A stretch of 62,125 nucleotides of DNA, the filler included. It is 4 parts of 4 records of this genome, joined end to end, with 100 filler letters (N's around TTAATTAATTAA, not from the genome) between each part and the next. Parts side by side here need not be neighbours in the genome. Positions count along the whole stretch, not along the records: positions 22,993 to 38,442 come from SRR20825019_896; positions 38,543 to 50,245 come from SRR20825019_906; 2 more parts are not named here. The stretch is one strand, 5' to 3'. The notes beneath the pieces are model-generated. The model ran no database searches and had not been told where the DNA came from. It saw nothing but the letters and a program-made list of their open reading frames with translations. This document shows, piece by piece, positions 33,645 through 43,619 of this stretch. Position numbers and translations under genes: made by a program. Positions within the stretch are counted from its first letter, which is position 1. Each line of letters begins with the position of its first letter.

Positions 33645-34604
33645 TTACGACGTGCTCTTGGTCCGCCTGGAGTTTTGCTTTTTCAGCTTGCTTGCGGCCT
33701 TGACAGTGGCGGCGCGCGGCTTGTTGACAGGCGGCTCCGGCTCCGGCTCCGGGTCCTCCTCGACGCCAGCACCGCCTTCCTCCATCTCTTGCATCTGCTG
33801 ATACTTTTCATCGTCATCCTCTTTGTCGGTGTCATACAAACCCTTCGCTTCGTTCTCCAAGTACTGCTTGACACACGCAATACGCTGTGGGACCAGGTTA
33901 GACGGTGGGGTCGTCGAGGCAATTCAATTAAAGAGAAAGGCATACCATGGATGCGTAAACCAGTCCGTAAACGAAGAGGCCCCAGCCAAACACTTGGTTG
34001 TAGATGGTGGTTGCCCCGTTCGCGCTGGGCACGTAGAGCGAAGCGGTGCTGATTCCTATGCTGCAGTGGCGGTGAGGAGGGGGGGACAACAACTACCGTA
34101 CGAATAAGCTTACAAGGAAAGGACAAGACCGCGAGTAACCCAGGACTTCATGACATGGAACTCCTTGAAGATCAACTTCGCCCCGGGAACCTTCATATTG
34201 CCCAACTCGCAGATTACAATGAGGAGACCAAAGACAAACGAGTACAAGTGGAGGATAAAGAAAAGCGCCGCCTGGGAGCCCGAGGTGCTGCTTCCGCACA
34301 CCGACGATGTGACGGTTACCGTGGTGGATGTGGCCGAGTTGGCGATTTCATTCAGGAAGATAGCGTTTCCAATCATGCACATCATCACCTGCAGAATGGC
34401 AAGGGACGACAGAGTAATCTTAAACTTCTTGAACCGGTCCATCATCTTCAGTTTGTTGCCGATGGCACCAGCGGCTTCCTTCGACTTCTCTGCCGCAGCA
34501 GCAGCAGCCTCCTTGGCCTCATCCTTGGCAACGCTGGCACCGGCTTTCACAACCCCCCGCACAACCTCCTTCTGCGCTTCAGAGACACGCTTTCCACCGG
34601 CCAT
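33645..34604 (-). CDS. COPI-associated/TVP15-like four-TM Golgi protein
   Basis: Introns 34113-34061 and 33945-33885; LYSFVFGLLIVICE and MKSWVTRGLVLSFIG motifs, acidic tail. Confidence 0.7.
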
Positions 34605-35544
34605 GTCGACTGTGAGCAGATTAATTTGGAAAACCACAGCGGTATATAACAGGAGCGAGAACTCACAGAATTCGCACGATTCAACAGCCTAACCACACCG
34701 CAGTTCTGCTCCTCGAGGACCGGACGGAGCCGGCCATGAGTTGAGGTGGGCTTGTTGACTGAATAATGCCGCGCGAGTGGTGCCGTCTACAACTACCGGC
34801 CCAGTCACCAGCCCTGACAAGGATCCGAGCGTGCGTGCGCCTGGCGGATCGCGCCCCGGCGGGCGCGCGGGCCGCGTGGGATCGTCCGGTCGTGCGCTGC
34901 GTGGGCGCCGCCCGGCCCGTCCGGCGGGGGGCGCCCCAGCGACACGAACGGCGGGTGCCATGCCCCATGCACGGGGTGGCACCGGGGGCTGCGTCGACGG
35001 CCCGGTTCCTTGGTTGGATCTGGTGGCTCGGAGTTTGCACTTCACCCCAGCCCACACGGGCGGGCCCGGGGCCCCGGTGGCACCGGCGAGTGATGAGTGA
35101 TGAGTGCGCCCGGCCGCGGCCCGGCGCGCTCGACAGCTGAGCCCGGTGATGGCGACAGTGAACTGGCTTTCATCGCAACCGGCGACTGGAAACTCGGGGG
35201 GGGGGTTGCCGCCAGGCGCTTTTTTCGGTTTTTAATTTTATGATAAACACGTGACAATCGTTTGTGGCGGATAATGAAAATCCGATCAATGCATCCTCTA
35301 TCATCTTCGTCCCCATGTCATGGTGAATAAAACCAATATTCCGAAGTCTAGTTGAAGAGATGTTGGATGACCTCAACCGTCATGCGCCCGGGGCAGAAGA
35401 TATTGTGCGTTTGGCAACGGTCTCACTGTTTGGGACCTTTCTTCTCGAGCAAACGCCGCTCCCTTCGCTCGGACCTTCCCCTCCCCTCATGACAACAGAT
35501 AATTATGTGAACAAGACATCTTGTCACAAATTACAGAGAAAATA

Positions 35545-37160
35545 ATGCCAAAACTCTGGGGTGGACGATTCGCAGGGACAATAGATCCTCACATGGAAAG
35601 TTTCAACGCATCGATATCGTACGACAAATCGCTGTGCCATGCAGATATAAGAGGCTCTGTGGCATACGCCGAAGCCATTTGCAAGGTAGGTACACCACGG
35701 CGCCGGGTTGGATGGTCTCGTGATGATCACTGCAGGCGGGGATCATCACGAAGAGTGAAGCCGCTACACTAGCGCAGGGCCTTCATCAGGTTGATCAGGA
35801 ATGGCTAGAGGGAACGTTCCAGATTCTTCCCCAGGATGAGGACATCCACACCGCCAATGAGCGACGCCTTACCGAGATTGTGGGCGCTGAGGTCGGAGGG
35901 AAGCTGCATACCGGGCGGTCACGAAACGACCAAGTGGCGACAGATCTACGACTGTGGCTGCTGGACGAGATGCGTGCCACGAAAGAGCTCATGACGTCCC
36001 TCCTTATGACTGCGGTGGCTCGGGCGGAGACTGAGATAAACATCTTGATGCCCGGCTACACCCACTTGCAGCCCGCACAGCCCATTCGGTGGAGCCACTG
36101 GGTAATGTCACACGCATGGGCCTGGGAGCGTGACCTCGATAGGTTGAAGGACATGGACAAGCGCGTGCGAATGATGCCGTTGGGATCGGGAGCCCTAGCG
36201 GGAAATCCTTTCGGCGTGGACCGCCCCGCCCTAGCTCAAGCGCTTGGCTTCGGGGCGGCCAACTACACCCAGAACTCGCTGGACTCGGTGAGTGACCGAG
36301 ACTTCGTAGGTAAGCCTTCCAACGCCCTCATCACACAATCCTCAGCTGACCGCGCGCCCACAGCCGAGTTTCTTTTCATGGCATCATTGACATGCACGCA
36401 CCTGTCCAGGTGGGCCGAGGACCTCGTCCTCTACAGTTCTCAAGAGTTTGGCTTCGTTGAGATCGCGGACGCGTACAGGTCAGATCCTTCACATCGCCCC
36501 GCGGAATGACGAGAGATCCTCATTTCATCTTCACAGCACCGGATCCTCCCTTATGCCACAGAAAAAAAACCCGGACGCCCTGGAGCTTATACGTGGAAAG
36601 GCTGGCCGGACGCTTGGGGCGCTGACTACCATGCTCGTTGTGATGAAAGGGATTCCGACATCCTATAACAAAGGTACGGACGTGTCACAGTACGAACTGC
36701 CTGTGCCCCCTCTGACGCCACAACAGATCTTCAGGAGGACAAGGAGGCTCTGTTCGATACCGCCCGCACACTCAAGGCCGTCCTCCACATCGCCCACGGA
36801 GTTCTCGCCACTCTCACTCCAAAGCCCGAGAGAATGCGCTCCCAACTCACCGCGGACATGCTGGCGACAGACCTTGCAGACTACCTTGTTCGCAAGGGCG
36901 TCCCGTTCCGCCAGACCCACCACATCAGCGGCCAGGCAGTGCTCCTGGCCGAGAAGAAGGGGTGCTCTCTTACTGAGTTAACCCTGCCGGACCTTCATAC
37001 ACTCCACCCAGCGTTTGAAGCCGACGTGATGTCTTTCTTGAGCTTTGAGAGAAGCGTTGAGTTGCGGTCCGCGGTTGGTGGGACCTCGCGCGAGGCAGTT
37101 CAGTCGCAGATAGCCCACATGAAGCTGATGCTCAAGGCAGACGGCGACCTCAGAAGTTAA
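35545..37160 (+). CDS. argH: Argininosuccinate lyase
   Basis: [50 protein letters not shown] across introns 35686-35735, 36310-36363, 36479-36536, 36674-36726. Confidence 0.96.
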
Positions 37161-37566
37161 GCAGATTCTGTGTGGTGCTATTCTTCGAGCCTATTAGTGA
37201 CGCGACCAGCTTGTGTTGCCCACGCATCTTCTCCAATAAATCTGTCAGCTTCTCATCTGTGGCGTTGGGTTCCAGAGAGGAAGACTGCGCCCCGAGGCTT
37301 GCACAAGTTTTCTTCAGGCGGTCTTGAACGCGAGGGTTGCAGTCCTGGCCAAGGAGCTGTAGCATCTCCGCACAGCCCCGATAAAAACCAACCTCAGCAC
37401 CGGTTTCCTGGCCCTTGACCTGACCTAAGTCACGCCCTTCCGCCTCTCCCTGGTCAATTCCATCAGCGTACCCCTCCTGATAACCCTGCTGGAAGCCTTC
37501 TTCGCCGCTCGCTTCTTCGAGGGAAAGAAGGCTGTCAAACGCGTCGTCAAGGCTTGGATTCGCCAT
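37150..37566 (-). CDS. LTO1/ORAOV1-like Fe-S targeting adaptor (Yae1_N deca-GX3 domain)
   Basis: FDSLLSLEE then GX3 repeats GFQQGYQEGYADG...GAEVGFYRG; ends LNF*. Confidence 0.8.
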   Translation of the reverse strand: MANPSLDDAFDSLLSLEEASGEEGFQQGYQEGYADGIDQGEAEGRDLGQVKGQETGAEVGFYRGCAEMLQLLGQDCNPRVQDRLKKTCASLGAQSSSLEPNATDEKLTDLLEKMRGQHKLVASLIGSKNSTTQNLLNF

Positions 37567-38263
37567 TTCTTTGTAGGTTCACGTTCCTTTGCCTCATCGG
37601 CTCTCGGGTCCGTTAAATATTCCCCCACAGCTGGAGACCGGGCCGCCGGCGTGCGGTGGCAGGCAGAGACCGGGCAGGCCAGGGCGGCACGGACGGCTCG
37701 GGCTCATACCGGCGCTGGGACTGACTCACGGACTCGGGCCCCGCCGCCGGCGAGGCGCCGGGCCCGGGTCCCTTGCATACAGTGAGTGAGAGCCGAGCAG
37801 GTCTTCAGGTGAGGCCGCCCCGGCCTCCAGTCCGACAGACGAGGGGGGGGGCGCCGGCGCACGGGGCGCGCCGGGACCCGGACTCAACACGGCACCCGTG
37901 GCGGGTGGGCGGGGGTGCCGTGCACGGCCCGCCGGCGGCCCCGCCGCCCCGGGGCTGCTTGATTTGAGTGCGCTGGCGCCGTCAGGGGTTCGCCCCGCCA
38001 CCCTTGAGCACGGCCGGCCCAGCCGGCCGGGCCGGGCCCGGCGCGCGCGGCGGAGGCAGTGACTGATGAGCTGAGACGGGAGTGTGGCTCGCCATGCGCG
38101 CTCGTGTGTCTCGAGTCAGTGTCGCCCGAGGGACTCGGGGGCCGCGGCCGGCGGGCCGGGGGCCGCGCCCAGGGTCTTCAAACCAAATTACAGGTTTCAG
38201 CGACATAAATATGATGAAGCCACCCTCGGGACTGAGCCAACACCGGCCGCGATGGTATAGGCC

Positions 38264-38442
38264 ATGGGGTGCTCTTGCAAGAAGAATGCATGTGCTGGTA
38301 AACAGTGCAGCTGTCGAAAGAATGGGCAACAATGTGGTCAAGCGTGTAGTTGTAGCGGTGAAGGTGTTTGTGAGAACTGGATGACAACAGCACCTAATGA
38401 CAGCAAAGGGCAACTTGACTTGGGCAGTTGTTCAGCGAGTGG
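38264..38442 (+). CDS. Protein starting with a CXC/TCR-like Cys cluster (3' truncated)
   Basis: gccATGG context; CxCx4Cx4CxCx6Cx3CxCx5CxN. Confidence 0.6.
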
Positions 38443-38542
38443 NNNNNNNNNNNNNNNNNNNNNNNNNNNNNNNNNNNNNNNNNNNNTTAATTAATTAANN
38501 NNNNNNNNNNNNNNNNNNNNNNNNNNNNNNNNNNNNNNNNNN
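38443..38542. other. Artificial contig spacer
   Basis: 44 N + TTAATTAATTAA + 44 N. Confidence 0.98.
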
Positions 38543-38570
38543 ATCCCGGTTTACAATTGTAAACCGGGAT
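38543..38570. terminator. Perfect 28-bp palindrome, probable terminator of the minus-strand operon
   Basis: atcccggtttacaa|ttgtaaaccgggat just past the stop at 38588; tail lost at the contig end. Confidence 0.65.
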
Positions 38571-38587
38571 TCTGATTTTATGATGAA

Positions 38588-39685
38588 TTATTTTGTGGCG
38601 ATATCGCTTAAAGCTTGATAAAGCTCAAATAGTACCGGATTTTTAAATTCATTGTTCCAAAGCACAACAATACGGTCGTTGTCAATAAAACGAAGTGCAT
38701 AGCTGGAAGTTCCGGCCGAAGCTCCACCGTGACTGACCGTTGCAGCAAACTCATTTCCCATATACGGGAAATCGATCAAGCTAAAACCATAGCCGTATGG
38801 ACTTTGGTGAGGTCCCCATCCACTTTTTGCTTCTTCGGGCAGGGAATGGGGCTGAAATGCGAGAGCCCAAGACTGTTTTGAAATCAATTTATCCGTTCCA
38901 ACGGCCATCATAAATTTATGCAAGTCCTGCAAGGTGGTTTTTTCCCCACCAGGACCGGTAAAATCAAGCTCCTTTGCCGGTAGCAATGGCTCGCCTGTTT
39001 CAAGATAATAAACGGGCATGCTTGGCCCATAAATGGGAGCGGACCAATACGTGTCCGACATATGTAGAGGCTTAAAGATTTTTTCCTGTAAAATGACATT
39101 GTAATCATCCCCCAAATGAGCCATTACAATTTCAGAAAGAAGCACATATCCTGTATTGCTGTATAAAAATGCTGTGCCCGGCTCGAATGCCAAAGCTGTT
39201 TTTGCAATTTTTTGCTCCAGAATACTCCTTTGGCTTTTTTGGTCGTGCTCCGCTTTCGCTCTTTCCTCATAAACTTGACTCGAGAACCCGGAACGGTGGC
39301 TCAATAGATCGTGGATGGTGATTTTATCGGCCATTTTATGCTTGAACCATGGAAGGTGTTTGGATATGGGGTCTCCCAAAAGGACTTTTTCTTCTTCTAG
39401 CAGTTGTAAGATCAATACAGCCGTAAACATTTTGCCCACGCTTGCATCCCAGAATCGCATTTTAGGGGAGTTGGGAATGTTCAGGCTACGGTCGGCAAGT
39501 CCGAACGCTCCTTCATAAATTATGTTTTCTCCCTCGGCAACCAACAGGGCACCGTGGGTTTTTCCTTCATCAAAAAGTTGTTTGGCAAAGGCCTCGATTT
39601 TGGGCGCATCCTCTTTGGTAAGTTGACCAAAGCTTACGGACACGATAAAAAAACAATAAACACATATAAAATAGTTGACCCTCAT
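38588..39685 (-). CDS. Serine hydrolase, beta-lactamase class C/S12 family
   Basis: Signal peptide, SVGK (SxxK), LLSHRSG, YSN, HGG. Confidence 0.9.
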   Translation of the reverse strand: MRVNYFICVYCFFIVSVSFGQLTKEDAPKIEAFAKQLFDEGKTHGALLVAEGENIIYEGAFGLADRSLNIPNSPKMRFWDASVGKMFTAVLILQLLEEEKVLLGDPISKHLPWFKHKMADKITIHDLLSHRSGFSSQVYEERAKAEHDQKSQRSILEQKIAKTALAFEPGTAFLYSNTGYVLLSEIVMAHLGDDYNVILQEKIFKPLHMSDTYWSAPIYGPSMPVYYLETGEPLLPAKELDFTGPGGEKTTLQDLHKFMMAVGTDKLISKQSWALAFQPHSLPEEAKSGWGPHQSPYGYGFSLIDFPYMGNEFAATVSHGGASAGTSSYALRFIDNDRIVVLWNNEFKNPVLFELYQALSDIATK

Positions 39686-39702
39686 CTATCAAATTTTATG
39701 TT

Positions 39703-40623
39703 TTATGGGTTCTTATGATTGTCAATTTGCGTTTGGGACAGTCCCAAAAACTCAGCGGCATTGTCATAAAAAATGTCCTCTTTTTGTTCCAGTGTCAGAA
39801 ATTCTGCCGAATTGATGGCGTCCACCGCAATATCGATGGTCTCAGGCCATACCATTTGGTCGGTGCCAAACATGATTCTGTTACCGAAACCTGAATCCAC
39901 CAAACCTTTAATGAAGTTATGGAATTCCGCTTTGGGCAATACCCAGTCAATCGCGGCCACATCCAAATACAATTGCGGATGCATGTACAGCATAGCTTTC
40001 ATATCCTCTAAATAAGGCCATCCCCCGTGCATTACATAAACCTTTAGGTTTGGATGGGCGACCAATACGTCCTCCAACTGTTTTGGGTTGGCATTTTTTA
40101 CCCTGATTTCACTCATTCCCAAATGGTAAAGTCCACCAGGTGGCCCTCCTGGCATAATATGGAAGCCCACGGGTAGATTGGCTTTTTCGGCTAAATCGAA
40201 CAATGGTTCTAGTGAGGCATCATCTGCGGTAACACCGCCGTAAAACGGATTTAGTTCACCAATGGCAACCAATTCTCCTTTTTCGGCCATCGTTTTCAAC
40301 TGTTCAAGGGGCATATTTCGTCCGCTTACCAATATGCGTTCAGGATTGTCGGCTTTCCATAATTGACCATCGGAGGTGAGTGCCAACACAATGTTGTGCT
40401 CATCCATTTTTTTAAAGGTTTCGATTTTTAGCTGCTCGGGTGTTTTTACGCCTTTGTACATTTCATTTTTCAATGGATTTGGATGGTCCATACCGAACAT
40501 CATGCTGCCCAGTTCCTGATTGTAGGCGTGCAGGTGCATATCTATTATGGGGCCTATGTATTTTTGGGAGTGCAGGGTTCCCCAAAAGGAGAATAGTACC
40601 AACCCGATTAAAATTTTCTTCAT
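39703..40623 (-). CDS. Exported amidohydrolase_2 family protein
   Basis: Signal peptide, IIDMHLH, PVGFH, MHGG, IMFGTD. Confidence 0.88.
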   Translation of the reverse strand: MKKILIGLVLFSFWGTLHSQKYIGPIIDMHLHAYNQELGSMMFGMDHPNPLKNEMYKGVKTPEQLKIETFKKMDEHNIVLALTSDGQLWKADNPERILVSGRNMPLEQLKTMAEKGELVAIGELNPFYGGVTADDASLEPLFDLAEKANLPVGFHIMPGGPPGGLYHLGMSEIRVKNANPKQLEDVLVAHPNLKVYVMHGGWPYLEDMKAMLYMHPQLYLDVAAIDWVLPKAEFHNFIKGLVDSGFGNRIMFGTDQMVWPETIDIAVDAINSAEFLTLEQKEDIFYDNAAEFLGLSQTQIDNHKNP

Positions 40624-41468
40624 GATTTGATGTACTGGTCGTTGAGTGCAACCAAGGTATCCGATTCAGAAATTCTGTAATTGTAAAAATCCGAACTCTT
40701 TGATTTGAACCGTAAGAACTCGGAAGGGGAGATTCCTCCAAATTCCCTAAAATCTTTAATGAAATGTGCCTGGTCAAAATAACCGCATGCATAGGAAATC
40801 TCGGTCAAAGAGCTATTCGAATCGCTTGAAAGCAATTGAGCGGCCTTGTTGAAGCGAATGATCTTTCGGTAGTATGCAGGACTCATTCCAATATGTTTTT
40901 TGAACAACTTTTGCAGTCCTCGATTTGAAATGCAAAGGGACTGGCTCAACGTATCAATAGAGATCGAGTTTTCGGAATTCAAAAGTTGCAGTGCACAGGG
41001 GAGCCTGGGATCAATTTCTGGAAATCCCATTTTTTTGCTGATGAATATTTCCAGTAAGGAAAACTTCTCTCCGATGGATTTACATTCTCGAAGTTGGTTG
41101 GCGATTTGCTCGATCTCGCTAGCAGGAAAAATGATATCCAACTCGCTCAACGTGTCCAGTAACTCGAAAGCAGGTATTTTTTTTAAATAGGAAAGCCCGT
41201 AACTACTAAATTGAATGGTCATGAACTTCATTCCAGCATAAGGTTTAAAGAACACGGTGGAGCTGCAGGAGGTATAAATGGAATGGGCCGATGAGGTTTT
41301 GTTGACCAGTATCTCCTCATCCAAAGAAAACAAAATATTGGTGGTCGCATTCGGAAATATGGCTGTTCTACCCTCTAAGATATCCTCTTGGGTCAACTCC
41401 ACATAGGTCATAAACTTTACGACCTGTAAAAGTGTTGGATTTTTAGGTATGTGGAGTTGTTGAATCAT
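40620..41468 (-). CDS. AraC-family transcriptional regulator
   Basis: LQKLFKKHIGMSP and GYFDQAHFIKDFREFGGISP double HTH. Confidence 0.92.
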   Translation of the reverse strand: MIQQLHIPKNPTLLQVVKFMTYVELTQEDILEGRTAIFPNATTNILFSLDEEILVNKTSSAHSIYTSCSSTVFFKPYAGMKFMTIQFSSYGLSYLKKIPAFELLDTLSELDIIFPASEIEQIANQLRECKSIGEKFSLLEIFISKKMGFPEIDPRLPCALQLLNSENSISIDTLSQSLCISNRGLQKLFKKHIGMSPAYYRKIIRFNKAAQLLSSDSNSSLTEISYACGYFDQAHFIKDFREFGGISPSEFLRFKSKSSDFYNYRISESDTLVALNDQYIKS

Positions 41469-41480
41469 TTTGGAGCCTAC

Positions 41481-42011
41481 TTATTCTACCATAGTTGAGT
41501 CTGGAGTTTGGCCTGGCAACGGCAATTCGGTAACGGGAGCATCCCAGACCACTTTCCAATCTCCATCCATTTTTTCCCAGAGCACCATATAGTTGCCTTT
41601 ATCTTCCATAGCTGGAATCGGCGAGTTTTCATTTGGTGTAAATATCATGGTGTATTTGCCGTATTCCGTCGCCAAATCACCACTGGCCTTCACTTCTTGC
41701 GTATTAAGGTCGAATTCCCATGTTCCAAATTGAATGTTCTGTTTCCAAGCGGCTTTATAGTTCTCGACCCCGATAACAGCAGGTTGGTTGGGCATAAACT
41801 GGATACTGTTGTCGGCGAAATGTACGGCTGCGGAGTCGATCATGCCCGAAGCATAAAATCCTTCGATTTTTTCATTCTTTTCTTCAATAATTTTTTGAAT
41901 TTCAGCGGAATATGCTTCTCCTGACATCGGTTTAGGGGTGGGTTGCTCACAACTGGTGGCAAAAACAATAATCAGTAATGTTGCGATGCCAAATATGAAT
42001 TGATGTTTCAT
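41481..42011 (-). CDS. DUF4440/SnoaL-like (NTF2 fold) lipoprotein
   Basis: Lipobox ATSC; GDLATEYGKY, DKGNYMVLWEKMDGDWK. Confidence 0.85.
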   Translation of the reverse strand: MKHQFIFGIATLLIIVFATSCEQPTPKPMSGEAYSAEIQKIIEEKNEKIEGFYASGMIDSAAVHFADNSIQFMPNQPAVIGVENYKAAWKQNIQFGTWEFDLNTQEVKASGDLATEYGKYTMIFTPNENSPIPAMEDKGNYMVLWEKMDGDWKVVWDAPVTELPLPGQTPDSTMVE

Positions 42012-42052
42012 AATAATATAGTTAATGGGTTATTTGAAAAGTTAGCATTGTT

Positions 42053-43087
42053 TTAATCATGGGGCAGCCTTAAAAATCTGGCTGCGTTATTATAAAAGAT
42101 ATCTGCTTTCTGTTCGTAGGTCAAAAAATCAGCATCATTTATGATGGCGATGGATTCGTCTATCAGTTCTGGCCAAATAATCATATCCGAACCGAACATG
42201 ATCCGCTTGCCAAAGCCCGCATCAACCATTTTTTTCAAGTGGCTCTGGTACAAATATTCACGGGGATAGCACCATTGGATACCTCCCAAATCCACATAAA
42301 GCTGCGGATAGTGGTACATCATCGCAATGAGTTCATCAATGAACGGCTCCCCATAATGTGCAATGGATATCCGCATCTTAGGATATTTTTTCAGCACTTC
42401 TTCCAGTAGTAATGGGTTGGAATGGGCGACTTGGTATTCTGGATTTAAAAATAAAGGCGTCCCTGGAAGACCACTCCCCATGTGAAGCAAAACAGGAACA
42501 TCCATTTCTTCTGCCAAGGCATAATAAGGGAACATTTTTGGGTCGTTGGGTGCAATCCCAACATATTGATTGCTTATTTCGCCCAATACTTTCAGTCCTT
42601 CAGTTTCTATCAACGATTGCAAGCTGTCCACAGGAATACTGTCCCGGTTTATTCGAAATTGGATTCCTCGGATAAACTTATCGGGAAAATGACTTATCAA
42701 TTTTTTGGTTGCGGGAAGGCTACCGCTTGTTATAGCCGTAATATTATATTTTTCTACCTGATTGCTCAGCCTTTCCACATACTCTTCGTAGGTAACGGGA
42801 GACCAATAGGGGTTTTCGCAATCGGGATTTGCTGCTTTGCCCCAAAAGACATCCCCAAAATCATTCTGTGGGTCAAAATGTTGCACAATGGTGGATAGGG
42901 GAGTGCACATCGCCATGGGTTCCGGCGAGAGTTCGTTTTCCTCCAATGCGTGGAGGTGCATATCGATTATGGGTCCTTGATAGGCCCTTTTCTGGTTTGG
43001 CTCGCTTTTTTCTTTTGTACTGGGGGAACATCCTAAGAGACAAATACAAATTGCAAGGAACACATTGTTCTTTACAGATGGTTTCAT
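42053..43087 (-). CDS. Amidohydrolase_2 family lipoprotein
   Basis: Lipobox LLGC from ATG 43087; IIDMHLH, PVLLH, AHYG, IMFGSD. Confidence 0.88.
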   Translation of the reverse strand: MKPSVKNNVFLAICICLLGCSPSTKEKSEPNQKRAYQGPIIDMHLHALEENELSPEPMAMCTPLSTIVQHFDPQNDFGDVFWGKAANPDCENPYWSPVTYEEYVERLSNQVEKYNITAITSGSLPATKKLISHFPDKFIRGIQFRINRDSIPVDSLQSLIETEGLKVLGEISNQYVGIAPNDPKMFPYYALAEEMDVPVLLHMGSGLPGTPLFLNPEYQVAHSNPLLLEEVLKKYPKMRISIAHYGEPFIDELIAMMYHYPQLYVDLGGIQWCYPREYLYQSHLKKMVDAGFGKRIMFGSDMIIWPELIDESIAIINDADFLTYEQKADIFYNNAARFLRLPHD

Positions 43088-43119
43088 TGTCGGAATGTTT
43101 ACTGTTATAGGTTTGAAAA

Positions 43120-43608
43120 TCAATCTATTACCAACGACGATGCAAGTTCCCTGTGCAACTTCCATTCGCCGTCTTTGGTCTTTTTCATAATGACCATAAA
43201 GGTATCCTCCATTTTATGGACAGTTCCGCTTTCATCGGTATAGTACACGGAACTTATCCCGAAATCGTAAGCCATGGTATCGGACAGTATCACGGTTTCC
43301 TTGGGGTTCATTTTTATGCTGTCATAACGGAATTTGTTTCCGTGTTGCTCTCTCAATTTTCTATAGGCAATCCAATCTTCACTGCCAGGACCGATAGAAA
43401 TCATATCCTCTGTGGTAAACTTTCCCAGATCTTCGTAACGTCTTTCCTTCACTGTCTGTTCGAAGGATTTTCGCACCTGTTCAATTTTTGCCAATTCGGC
43501 TTCCACATCAATTTCATTGGTCTGTACAGGCTTCACGACCACCTTGTCCTGTTTTTCTCCGCAGGATATCAAGGCCAAAACTAAAAGAAGGATCACTGCG
43601 TTTTTCAT
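43120..43608 (-). CDS. DUF4440/SnoaL-like lipoprotein
   Basis: Lipobox LISC; AYDFG, IMKKTKDGEWKLHRE. Confidence 0.82.
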   Translation of the reverse strand: MKNAVILLLVLALISCGEKQDKVVVKPVQTNEIDVEAELAKIEQVRKSFEQTVKERRYEDLGKFTTEDMISIGPGSEDWIAYRKLREQHGNKFRYDSIKMNPKETVILSDTMAYDFGISSVYYTDESGTVHKMEDTFMVIMKKTKDGEWKLHRELASSLVID

Positions 43609-43619
43609 CCTTTTTGGTT

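Noticed and set aside
35090-35140. C/D snoRNAs from TGATGA...CTGA pairs (also near 32564-32637)
   Set aside because: No convincing terminal stem or recognisable rRNA guide.
24282-37160. Introner-type repeated introns or a non-standard genetic code
   Set aside because: Introns share length but little sequence; exons translate cleanly with the standard code.
22993-38442. Eukaryote-to-bacterium gene transfer
   Set aside because: Bounded by artificial spacers and intron-rich; a separate organism.
38588-39685. Antibiotic-resistance beta-lactamase
   Set aside because: SxxK/YxN with HGG fits the broad serine hydrolase family; no mobile context.
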